Made by a program: the position numbers and the translations under genes. A model generated the notes under the pieces. That model was not told the origin of the DNA, did not search any database, and was given only the letters and a program-made list of their open reading frames with translations. This document shows, in pieces, positions 21,563-30,051 of a stretch of 64,000 nt of DNA. Source of the DNA: Longimicrobiales bacterium (GTDB taxonomy: Bacteria; Gemmatimonadota; Gemmatimonadetes; Longimicrobiales; Gaopeijiaceae); assembly GCA_965218295.1 (NCBI GenBank), contig CBDCKN010000002.1, positions 30,890 through 94,889 of the forward strand, read 5' to 3'. Numbering within the stretch: the first letter of the stretch is position 1; every line of letters begins with the position of its first letter.

Positions 21563-21884
21563 ACACGGTGCCAAGGCCCCGCCTGAGGGGCCCTACCCTC
21601 CAACTGGAGGCTCCGGATCATAACACAGGACTTCTCCACACGACGCCACGGTGCAGAGCTCGTAGGCGCGTCCTTCGTCGTCCTCTTTCAAGAGTTGGCG
21701 CTGATTCGGTGGCTCCCCGTAGAGGTACGGGTGGTGGGCTACTTTCCCAACCTGATACTCCTGAGTGCATTCCTGGGCTTGGGCGTGGGGGCGCTTCGGG
21801 CTCGGTCGAAACCGATGATGTGGATGTGGCCCGTCGGACTCCTGGCACTCGTGGCCAGCGCTTGGGCCATGGGGCGAGTGGCAT

Positions 21885-23340
21885 GATGGTGTCCCGCTGA
21901 CAGTTGAAGGTGGTGGCTCCGGAGAGTCTCCTTGTTAGCCTGCCTTTCTCATTTCGGCAACCGGTTCATGGTCGTCGAGGTGGGCCCTGAGCATCCAGAG
22001 CTGGTCGTAGCCGATGATCCTCCGGTAGCTCTTCTCGGTCTCCACGAACGAGGCCGCAGCCCAGCGCAAGGCCATCGCTCCGTTCTTCCAGTTGGTCACC
22101 CTGCGGGTCTTCTGTCTTACGCCCGAGTGGGTGCTGTCGATCAGGTTGGTCGAGCCCAGGCACTTCCTCAGCCGCGGCGGGAGGCCGAGCCGGTTGATCG
22201 TGAACATCTCGCTGAGGCCTTCGCGTAGGCTGGCCGAGGCCGAGGGGTGGTCGCGCTCGAGCCATCGGGCGAGCTGCTCGAGCTTCTGCTCGCCCTGCTT
22301 CGCGTCCAGCTTCATCGCCGCCCGGAACGCCGCCTTCACCTGAGGATGCTGATCCTTCGGCAGATGACCCAGCACGTTGCGGAGCTTGTGGTTGCGGCAG
22401 CGCTGGATGGGGTGACGTTGGCCGAACACCTTCTCGATCGCCTTCCTGAGCGCTTTCGAGCCATCGATCACGAACAGCCGCCGCCTGCCCGGGTCCAGGC
22501 CGCGCTCGACCAGATCCTCTAGGAGCGCGCTGGTCACCTCGGTGTTCTCACTCGCTCCTTCCCTCACGCCCAGCACGTGCTTCTTTCCGTCTGAGTCCAC
22601 GCCTACCGCAGCAAGCACGTGGTGCGAGCCCATCTGGATCCCGTCCAGGTAGATCACCAGGAGGTCCCACGCATCCAGCCGGCGCTCCATCAGCTCCTTC
22701 AGCACGCGCTCCGAGGCCTCGACCGTCTCACGGCTCACCGCCGACTTGCTCACCCCGACCGTGTCGGCCATCTCACCGATCACACGGCCGTACTTCCGCG
22801 TGCTCACCCCCGCCATCAGGACCTCGAGCATCCGATCCGCCACGGCGCCCGGTCTCCGCATCGCTGCGTACGCCGGCACCTCGACCTCGCCACCCTCCCC
22901 GGCGCCCCGGCGCCTGAGCCGTGGCCGCTCCACACGCACCTTCCGGTCCGACAGGTAAACCACACCACCCTGCCGGCCATACCACACCGTGTCGTCTTCC
23001 GCTCGTGACCGACCTGCCTGCTTCACGCCTGCCACACCCTCGGCGCTCATCTCCAGCACCGCTTCGATCGTCGCTCGTCCCATCACCTGGATGACTTCGT
23101 CGATCGCGACCTCCGTCTGCTCCACGAGCTCAAGCATCGGAAGCAGAAACTGCCCCTCCCGCTTCAGGAACTCCCTGATCGCGCGCTTGTCCGCCCGATC
23201 CCTTACCTCGTACGTTCTCTTCATCGTGGTGGCTCCGTGTTGGGGTTTTTGCCTACCCGAGCCTATCGGCCCGGGACCCCCGGAGCCACCACTTTTCTTT
23301 CCCCCTATCAGGAACCTTCAACTACGGTTGGGACAGCTTC
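21885..23340 (-). mobile_element. IS256-family element A, copy 3 (1456 bp)
   Basis: Same IRs in reverse orientation; TSD AGTGGCAT at 21877-21884 and 23341-23348. Confidence 0.96.
21935..23224 (-). CDS. IS256-family transposase A (variant ENTEVTSA)
   Basis: 429 aa; two substitutions relative to copies 1 and 2. Confidence 0.95.
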   Translation of the reverse strand: MKRTYEVRDRADKRAIREFLKREGQFLLPMLELVEQTEVAIDEVIQVMGRATIEAVLEMSAEGVAGVKQAGRSRAEDDTVWYGRQGGVVYLSDRKVRVERPRLRRRGAGEGGEVEVPAYAAMRRPGAVADRMLEVLMAGVSTRKYGRVIGEMADTVGVSKSAVSRETVEASERVLKELMERRLDAWDLLVIYLDGIQMGSHHVLAAVGVDSDGKKHVLGVREGASENTEVTSALLEDLVERGLDPGRRRLFVIDGSKALRKAIEKVFGQRHPIQRCRNHKLRNVLGHLPKDQHPQVKAAFRAAMKLDAKQGEQKLEQLARWLERDHPSASASLREGLSEMFTINRLGLPPRLRKCLGSTNLIDSTHSGVRQKTRRVTNWKNGAMALRWAAASFVETEKSYRRIIGYDQLWMLRAHLDDHEPVAEMRKAG

Positions 23341-25206
23341 AGTGGCATTCACTGCCAACGCTGTCACCGAGCACCTGTGGCTTCTCTATCTCGACCTGCC
23401 CGAAGATGCGCCCGTGTTGGAGGGGATACGCCTACCCCTCATCATGCTCTTTTCCCTCAGTGCCTTCACCTTCGTGCCTCTCGGCCAGTTCGTCGGCGTC
23501 CGGCTCGAAGCATTCCGCGCGCAGAGCTCTGCTCTCTGGGGCTACTCGTTGGACCTGGCGGGCTCTTTGGTTGGCGTGGTGTGCTTCACCGTGGTGTCCT
23601 TCTCCGGCCTTCGGCCAGTGTGGTGGTTCCTTCCCGCACTCGTGGGCGGATTCCTCCTCGTGTTGCGGCAGCCGCGCTCGAGAATCCTCTTCGTGGTGGC
23701 ATCGGAGGCCGTTCTTTTCGTTGTGGCCCGCACCACCGGTCCGGAGCGGTACAGCCCTTACTACGCCGTGGCGGACGTCCCGTTCGAAACGAGTCCGGAC
23801 CATAACATCCTGGCGAACGGGTCTCTCCATCAGATCGCCATCGACTTCTCCGGAGATTACGTGGGTTTCGAGGATCGGCAGAGAACCGTCCTGGGGTATC
23901 GTCTACCCTACCGCCGTTTGGGGCGCCCCATAAGGAAGGCGCTGGTATTGGGCGCAGGCACCGGAAACGATGTGGCGGTCCTTCTGGGTGAGGGGGCAAG
24001 TGAGATCCATGCGGTGGAGATCGATCCGGTCATCTTGAGCTTGGGGAGAGAAGTGCACCCGAACCTCCCCTACGCGGATCCCCGAGTGATCGTCCACCAG
24101 GTGGACGCGCGTTCGTTCCTGAACGAGACGACGGAGCGGTTCGATCTGATCGTCTTCGGAACGCTGGACTCCATGACCCGGCTGTCCGCGCTCTCGAATG
24201 TGCGCCTCGACAACTTCGTGTACACTCGAGAGGCTTTGGCTGCCGCGCGTGACCGGCTCACGGATGACGGCGGTATCGTGATGTACTTCTCGGTGGGCGA
24301 CGACTACATCTTCGAACACCTCACGGCGCTTCTCGCCACTACGTTCGGCCGGCTGCCGATCGTTCACCGGGCGTTCTACAACTTGTTCAACGTCATCTAC
24401 ATGGCGGGACCCGCCTACCAGGACTCCGCCGAGCCCGTCGATCCTGACGCCTGGTATCTGCAGGACGAGGCCCTCACAGGAGACCTCCCCAGCGACGACT
24501 GGCCGTACCTGTACCTCCCCTCACCCGGGGTGAATTCCTTCTACGTCAGCATGATCGGTATCCTGGCTCTCTTGAGTGCTCTCGCGATCTTCGGCGCATC
24601 GCGAGGCATGAGAGCGGGATTACTGCGACGGAGTGGCATCGACGTCGAGATGTTCCTGTACGGCTTCGCCTTCCTCCTGATCGAAACGAAGTTCGTCACT
24701 GCGATGAACCTACTCTGGGGCGCGACGTGGTTGACCTCGGCCGTGGTCTTCGGTGCGATCCTGATGACCATCCTCCTGGGAACCGTTCTCATGGAGCTGA
24801 GGCCCGTTCCATGGACCCTGGCGGGAGTCGGACTGGTGGTGGCTCTGCTCATCACCTATGCCATCCCACTTGAAGCATTGCTCCGCACGGATCCGCCCAC
24901 ACGCCTCGCGCTGTCCGTCCTTTACGTGGCTGCCCCGGTCATCTTCGCGTCGCTTTGTTTCGCGTCGCGCTTCAAGGCACGACCCGCTTCGGACCTGGCC
25001 TTCGGCTGGAATCTCATGGGCGCCGTGGCCGGCGGCCTGGCCGAGTTCTTCTCGATGGCGTTGGGGTTTCGCGCGATGACCCTGGTGGCGATCACCGCCT
25101 ATCTGTTGGCTTTCCTCGTCGCTCGCCGCTCCCCGGGCGGAGCATCGCCCCCTGCGACGGAGTCCCCCGCATACGGATGACGGGCACGGACTCGGCCCCT
25201 AATCTC

Positions 25207-25236
25207 CTAGTGTGGTATTCTGTAACACCACACTAG
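25207..25236. repeat. minimal TAGTG...CACTA palindrome overlapping the ispG stop
   Basis: CTAGTGTGGT-N10-ACCACACTAG, a perfect 10-bp IR between convergent genes; could act as a terminator stem. Confidence 0.75.
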
Positions 25237-26450
25237 CCGTAGTGGGTACTCACGTAGTCTTCCAGGATCTCCTTGAACTCGTCGACGAGACCTTCCCCGC
25301 GGAGCGTGGAGTGGTGCTCTCCGTCCACGTATACGGGGGCCTTGGGCTCCTCGAACGTCCCCGGCAACGAGATGCCCAGGTTGGCATGCTTGGACTCGCC
25401 TGGACCGTTCACCACGCACCCCATGACGGCCACCGTCATCTCTTCGACCCCAGGGAACTCCTCGCGCCACCGGGGCATCTGGTCCTGAATGTACCCGTGG
25501 ATTTCTTGGGCCATCTCCTGGAAGAACGTGCTCGTCGTGCGACCACATCCCGGGCACGCCGTCACCTGAGGCTCGAAGCTTCGGATCTGCAGCGACTGTA
25601 GGATCTGCCGGGCAACGCGGACTTCTTCGGCTCGGTCTCCCCCGGGCTCGGGGGTGAGTGAGACACGGATGGTATCTCCGATTCCGTCGATGAGCAGGGG
25701 GCCGATCCCCACGGCCGTGGCGACGACGCCCTTGGTCCCCAATCCGGCCTCGGTCAGGCCCAGATGGAGGGGGTAATCGCTCCGGGCGGCGAGAAGCCGA
25801 TACACCTGGATCAGGTCCGGAACCTCGGAGACCTTGGCGCTGAGGATGATCATGTCGTGCGCCAGGCCGATCTCCTCTGCCAGCTCGGCGGAGCGCATGG
25901 CGCTCTCCACTATGGCGTCGATCAGTACTTCCCGTGCGTCCTTCGGCTCGGCGAGCTCGGCGTTCTCGTCCATCATCTTGGTGAGGAGCCGCTGATCGAG
26001 GGAGCCCCAGTTCACGCCGATGCGCACCGGCGTGTCGTTGGCGATGGCGACTTCGATGATCTTCTGGAAGTTCGCGTCTCGGTGCTTAGTCCCCACGTTG
26101 CCCGGATTGATCCGATACTTGGCGAGAGCCCGGGCGCACGCCGGATGTGCAGTGAGCAGGAGATGCCCGTTGTAGTGGAAGTCCCCGACGATCGGGACGT
26201 CGATGCCCTCGGTCCCAAGGCGGGACGCAATCTCCGGAACCGCTTCGGCTGCACCGTCGTTGTTGACCGTGACGCGCACCAGCTCACTGCCTGCCTCGGC
26301 CAGCTCCCTGACCTGCGTGAAGGTCGCTTCGACGTCGGCCGTGTCGGTGTTGGTCATGGACTGTACCACGATCGGGTTCATTCCCCCGACGCGCACGCCC
26401 CCGACGTCGACTTCGACAGATTTCCTACGGTTCCAGCAGCTCACACGCAT
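25233..26450 (-). CDS. ispG: (E)-4-hydroxy-3-methylbut-2-enyl-diphosphate synthase
   Basis: Motifs [40 protein letters not shown]. Confidence 0.97.
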   Translation of the reverse strand: MRVSCWNRRKSVEVDVGGVRVGGMNPIVVQSMTNTDTADVEATFTQVRELAEAGSELVRVTVNNDGAAEAVPEIASRLGTEGIDVPIVGDFHYNGHLLLTAHPACARALAKYRINPGNVGTKHRDANFQKIIEVAIANDTPVRIGVNWGSLDQRLLTKMMDENAELAEPKDAREVLIDAIVESAMRSAELAEEIGLAHDMIILSAKVSEVPDLIQVYRLLAARSDYPLHLGLTEAGLGTKGVVATAVGIGPLLIDGIGDTIRVSLTPEPGGDRAEEVRVARQILQSLQIRSFEPQVTACPGCGRTTSTFFQEMAQEIHGYIQDQMPRWREEFPGVEEMTVAVMGCVVNGPGESKHANLGISLPGTFEEPKAPVYVDGEHHSTLRGEGLVDEFKEILEDYVSTHYG

Positions 26451-26643
26451 CCCGCGCTTCAAGAGTGGATGGATGGAGGGAATCTACCGAACGGCTTGGA
26501 CGGCTCCAAGACAAAGCCGGCGGAGGGTTCCCCGCATGCCCCGACAGGTGCTTGCCGCGACGAGAGTGCCAAGGCGCAGGGAACCAGGGCCGGGAACGGG
26601 GTACGCGGAGTTCCCACACCTCCGCCAACTCAGGAGCAAAGCA

Positions 26644-26859
26644 TTGTCCGACCTGCAGATCACCATCCGGGAGAACGGACCCCTACGGATAGATGAAGAG
26701 ATCCCCCTTGTCGATCATGAGGGGAACGTGTTGCCTACGCCTGAAGACAAGCCCTACTCCCTGTGTCGTTGCGGCGGCTCGAGCAACAAGCCGTTCTGTG
26801 ATGGAAGCCACAAGACGAACGGCTTCGACGGAACGCTGGCAGGGCCGCAGGACCGATAG
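26644..26859 (+). CDS. CDGSH iron-sulfur domain protein
   Basis: LCRCGGSSNKPFCDGSH motif; AGGAG upstream of a TTG start. Confidence 0.92.
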   Translation: MSDLQITIRENGPLRIDEEIPLVDHEGNVLPTPEDKPYSLCRCGGSSNKPFCDGSHKTNGFDGTLAGPQDR

Positions 26860-26921
26860 GTTCTGATCGACTAGGTTGTGATCGACCTATCCACAGCCCA
26901 CTTCCGTGGGCGACCCGGAAA

Positions 26922-27203
26922 CTATCGAATCTGGTACCAGGATCGGATGCCGTGCCCGTCGGGATGTCCGACGTCGGGGAACAGCTTGCCGTTCTCGACC
27001 CGGAACCAGGGGCGGGTGCTTCTGCCGTCGGGATGTCCCTCCGCCGTGTAGACTTTTCCGTCTTTGATGCGGAACCAGGGCTTGAAGTCCACCCTCTTGG
27101 GGTGCCCGACATCGGGGAACAGCTTGTCGTCCTTTACCCGGAACCACGGTCTTCCGCTTATCCCGATGGGATGGGCGTGGTCCGGATACAGGTGTATGGC
27201 CAT
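26922..27203 (-). CDS. small protein of four ~23-aa repeats (HP...PWFR.xxGK), function unknown
   Basis: Internal repeats visible in the translation; GAGAGG upstream. Confidence 0.8.
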   Translation of the reverse strand: MAIHLYPDHAHPIGISGRPWFRVKDDKLFPDVGHPKRVDFKPWFRIKDGKVYTAEGHPDGRSTRPWFRVENGKLFPDVGHPDGHGIRSWYQIR

Positions 27204-27379
27204 GGCAAAACCCTCTCGCCTGGGGACCGAGAAGAAATCGCGGCGTTCGACATTGGGCCGCTCTTTCTCAATCTAATGCGTGACGCCCGAGCCTGCAGCC
27301 GCTGGCGGAAATGCTTCTCCTAACCCCATGATGGGAGCTTGACTAAGCCCGCCACCGGTCACGGGACGACTGGTGAAAC

Positions 27380-27450
27380 TAGTGTGGTGTCCCAGAAGTT
27401 CGCGAGCGCAGCGAGATCAATGGCCGAGACCCTTCTGGGACACCGCACTA
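27380..27450. repeat. TAGTG...CACTA element, short form (71 bp)
   Basis: TAGTGTGGTGTCCCAGAAG / CTTCTGGGACACCGCACTA; shares AAGTTCGCGAGC and TGGCCGAGAC with 6887-7052. Confidence 0.8.
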
Positions 27451-27493
27451 ACAGCGGACGACGTCTGTCTCCCAGCCACCAGGAGCCCCGCCC

Positions 27494-27586
27494 GTGTGCC
27501 ATCGAATGATCGCGGCCTTCCTCTCCCTTGCCGTCCTGGGATGTGGCGGCGGGGACCTGGTGGGCCTCGACGATCTGGCCTTCTGA
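27494..27586 (+). CDS. 30-aa lipoprotein-like small ORF or 5' gene remnant
   Basis: AGGAG then GTG; MCHRMIAAFLSLAVLGCGGGDLVGLDDLAF with a lipobox-like VLGC. Confidence 0.45.
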   Translation: MCHRMIAAFLSLAVLGCGGGDLVGLDDLAF

Positions 27587-27609
27587 ACCGGTACAAAGGA
27601 AGGCCGTAG

Positions 27610-28212
27610 GTGAAAGAATTTACGGAATCGCGTCTTGCCTTGGGCGCGGGGGAACTCTGGGATCTCGGTACACGCGCGGAGTTCCTGAACGCCGTCGGCG
27701 ACGGCTCGCTGCCTGAGGATGCGTTCAACCGCTGGATCGTGCAGGACTACCTGTTCGTGAGAGGGTTTGCCGTCTTTGCGTCCCTGACGGTCGCGAAGAC
27801 GCCCAGGCCGGGGCAGAGCGCTTTGATCGCGGGCCTCTCGGCCCTCGACGTCGAGCTCGACTGGTTCGAGGCGCACGCCCAGGCCAGGTCCCTCGATCTG
27901 GGCGCCGAGCTCCACCCAACGTGCCAGCGCTACGTCGACTTTCTGATCACCGCGGGCTACTCCGAGCCGTTCCAGGTGCTGCTGGCACTCTTCTACGGCG
28001 TCGAGGTGGCCTACACGGTCGCGTGGGGTCGTCTTGAGGTCCAGGGGCCGTACGCCGATTTTATCGACCGGTGGAGCCATGAGGACTTTCAAGCCTACGT
28101 CCGTGTCCTGTCGAGGCTCGCCGACGAGCATCCCCATCCCCGTCAGCAGGCGATGTTCAACGAGGTGATGCGCCATGAGCGGGATTTCTGGCGCATGACC
28201 TGGGAAGGCTGA
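27610..28212 (+). CDS. tenA: TenA family protein, Cys-less (TenA_E-like)
   Basis: Motifs FNRWIVQDYLF, HPTCQRYVDFL, HERDFW; GVEVAY where the active-site Cys motif would be. Confidence 0.85.
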   Translation: MKEFTESRLALGAGELWDLGTRAEFLNAVGDGSLPEDAFNRWIVQDYLFVRGFAVFASLTVAKTPRPGQSALIAGLSALDVELDWFEAHAQARSLDLGAELHPTCQRYVDFLITAGYSEPFQVLLALFYGVEVAYTVAWGRLEVQGPYADFIDRWSHEDFQAYVRVLSRLADEHPHPRQQAMFNEVMRHERDFWRMTWEG

Positions 28213-28219
28213 ACCGATC

Positions 28220-28849
28220 ATGTCGGCCGAGCCGCTCCACCAGACGTTATGGCAGGGAAACCAGGAGCTAGCTGAAGAATGTCTGGCCCATCCGTTCGTC
28301 CGTGGCTTGGGAGATGGCAGCTTGGATCCCGAGGTCTTCAAGCACTATGTGGCCCAGGACGCTTTTTTCCTGCGAGCCTTTTTCAGCGCCTACGCCCTGG
28401 GCGCCGTCCGGGCAGTGGAGAAACCGGAGGTGGTACAGCGGCTCCACGGGCTCATGCGCGGTGTACTGGATGAGCTGAAGCTCCACGAAAGCTACGCTGA
28501 GAGTCTGGCAATCGATTTGGGGAAGGTCCGACCCCATCCGGCCGCCCGCGCCTATACCGATTTCTTACTTCGGACCGCGTGGACGGCAGAAGTAGGTGAG
28601 ATCATGGCGGCGATGACACCCTGCATGCGCCTCTATGCATACTTAGGACAGGAGTTGGCCCTACGGGATCACTCCCAGAATCCCTATCGGGAGTGGATCG
28701 AGACCTATTCGAGCGCGGAGTTCGAGGCGCTGGCCGCCGAGCTCGAGTCGCTGCTCGACCAGCTGGCCGAGGGAACACACAGGGTCTCTCTTGCCTACCG
28801 CTACACGATGCGCTGTGAGCTCGACTTCTTCTCCGCCTCGTTGGCCTAA
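28220..28849 (+). CDS. tenA: TenA family protein with active-site Cys (TenA_C-like, thiaminase II)
   Basis: Motifs HPFVRGLGDGSL, YVAQDAFFL, AMTPCMRLY, YREWIETYSS. Confidence 0.9.
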   Translation: MSAEPLHQTLWQGNQELAEECLAHPFVRGLGDGSLDPEVFKHYVAQDAFFLRAFFSAYALGAVRAVEKPEVVQRLHGLMRGVLDELKLHESYAESLAIDLGKVRPHPAARAYTDFLLRTAWTAEVGEIMAAMTPCMRLYAYLGQELALRDHSQNPYREWIETYSSAEFEALAAELESLLDQLAEGTHRVSLAYRYTMRCELDFFSASLA

Positions 28850-28988
28850 GCTGCGCCGTCACCCGCCCCGCGTGTGCATCTCCCGGTGCGGATCTTTGCG
28901 CAGATCTTTGATCTGATAGAGAGGGCCTCGGGAGCCCAGCGCCTTTCTATCCTCGACCCCATCGGGTCGATCGAGCGCCCCGTCCGAA

Positions 28989-29315
28989 CTAGGGGAAGTT
29001 CGGGTTGGGCGCCATCGAGACGAGTGCCACGAGCTGCACATTGCCGCGGTTCTCCACCCCGTGCGCCTCGTCGGGCGCGGACCAAGCGACGCCGCCGGGC
29101 CCGAGGGTGCGCGTGGCATCGCCGATGGTGAAGGTGCCCTCGCCCTCGATCACGTAGTAGAACTTCGTGGCCCCGGGGTGTGCGTGTACCTTCTGCGCCT
29201 GGCCTGGCTCGAGGCAGTACACATCGCAGAACATTTGCGGTGTCTCGAACAGGTTTACCTTCAGCATCTTATCCGCCGCGAAGCGACGGAAGGCGCTCGT
29301 GTCCAGGAATCCCAT
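28989..29315 (-). CDS. cupin domain protein
   Basis: PGQAQKVHAH...YYVIEGEG...HGVEN. Confidence 0.88.
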   Translation of the reverse strand: MGFLDTSAFRRFAADKMLKVNLFETPQMFCDVYCLEPGQAQKVHAHPGATKFYYVIEGEGTFTIGDATRTLGPGGVAWSAPDEAHGVENRGNVQLVALVSMAPNPNFP

Positions 29316-29450
29316 GCGTGGAGTGTAGCGCCCCGAGGACGCCGCTGCACGGATCCGGGTCCCGTGGGCGTACCTCCGTGCCGCCGACACACGCCGCTCC
29401 GTTGGCGAGCAGCCGGTAGCGGCCGGACCGCAGCGCGTGACCGCTCCGGC

Positions 29451-29941
29451 TCATCGGTTGGCCTCTCTTTCCCCCCTCCGGAGCTCTGGCTCGTCACCGC
29501 GCACGAGCCGTATGTCGAGCTTGAGGCGAGGCACGTCGTCGACTCCCAGCCACGAACGCGGGTCCTCGTCCGGACGGCGTTCGACGATCTCGCGGCAGCG
29601 AGCCGCGTGGGCGAGCACGGCGTCGACGTCGACACCCAGGTAACATGGCCGGTACCCGGCCAGCTTCCGCTCTGCCTTATCGAGCTGCGCGCCGACGCCG
29701 TGTGCGTTGCCCCGCTGGGCGTGCACGAACGCGCTGGCGTAGAGGATCAAGCCCTGGTAAAAGTCGCTCCCCCCTTCGCGCCATGGGCCCTCGAGCACCT
29801 CGTGGCTCTCCCAGTACTCGCGCGCGTTGAACAGCTCGAGAAAGCGGTGGAGCGGCTGAGGAAGGTCCTGAGGTCAGGGCCGCCGCTCTTCGCTTGAGGG
29901 TCCGGGGGCTTCGGGCCCCTTTTCTTCTCCGGATCTGCCAT
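29451..29941 (-). pseudogene. DUF309-family protein with a 1-nt frameshift near 29872 (possibly a sequencing error)
   Basis: FNAREYWESHEVLEGPW...FYQGLI; the ATG at 29941 joins this frame if one C is added in CCTGACCTCAG. Confidence 0.75.
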
Positions 29942-30051
29942 GTGGGTCCCAGGTTGGGCGGAGTGTGTGCGGCGGACGGAGCCTTCGAGGTAAGACCTTC
30001 CTCTCGGACTATGCGGCTATACGTATAATCTAAGTAAAGATATACGTACGC

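Larger units (their letters stand above)
21620..25180 (+). pseudogene. multi-pass membrane spermidine-synthase-like SAM-dependent methyltransferase, split by IS-A copy 3
   Basis: The 5' part (FQELALIRWL...AMGRVA, to 21884) continues in frame after the TSD (FTANAVTEHLW..., from 23349). Motifs LVLGAGTGND, AVEIDP, DARSFL, SDDWPYLY. Confidence 0.9.

Noticed and set aside
23237..23340. N-terminus of the 647-aa ORF 23237-25180
   Set aside because: It is read out of the IS-A end; the true N-terminus lies before 21884.
26546..26572. CIRCE (HrcA) operator
   Set aside because: Only the right half GAGTGCCAA is present.
27450..27610. TPP riboswitch upstream of tenA
   Set aside because: The conserved GCTGAGA and CCTGA...GCGTAGGGA motifs were not found.
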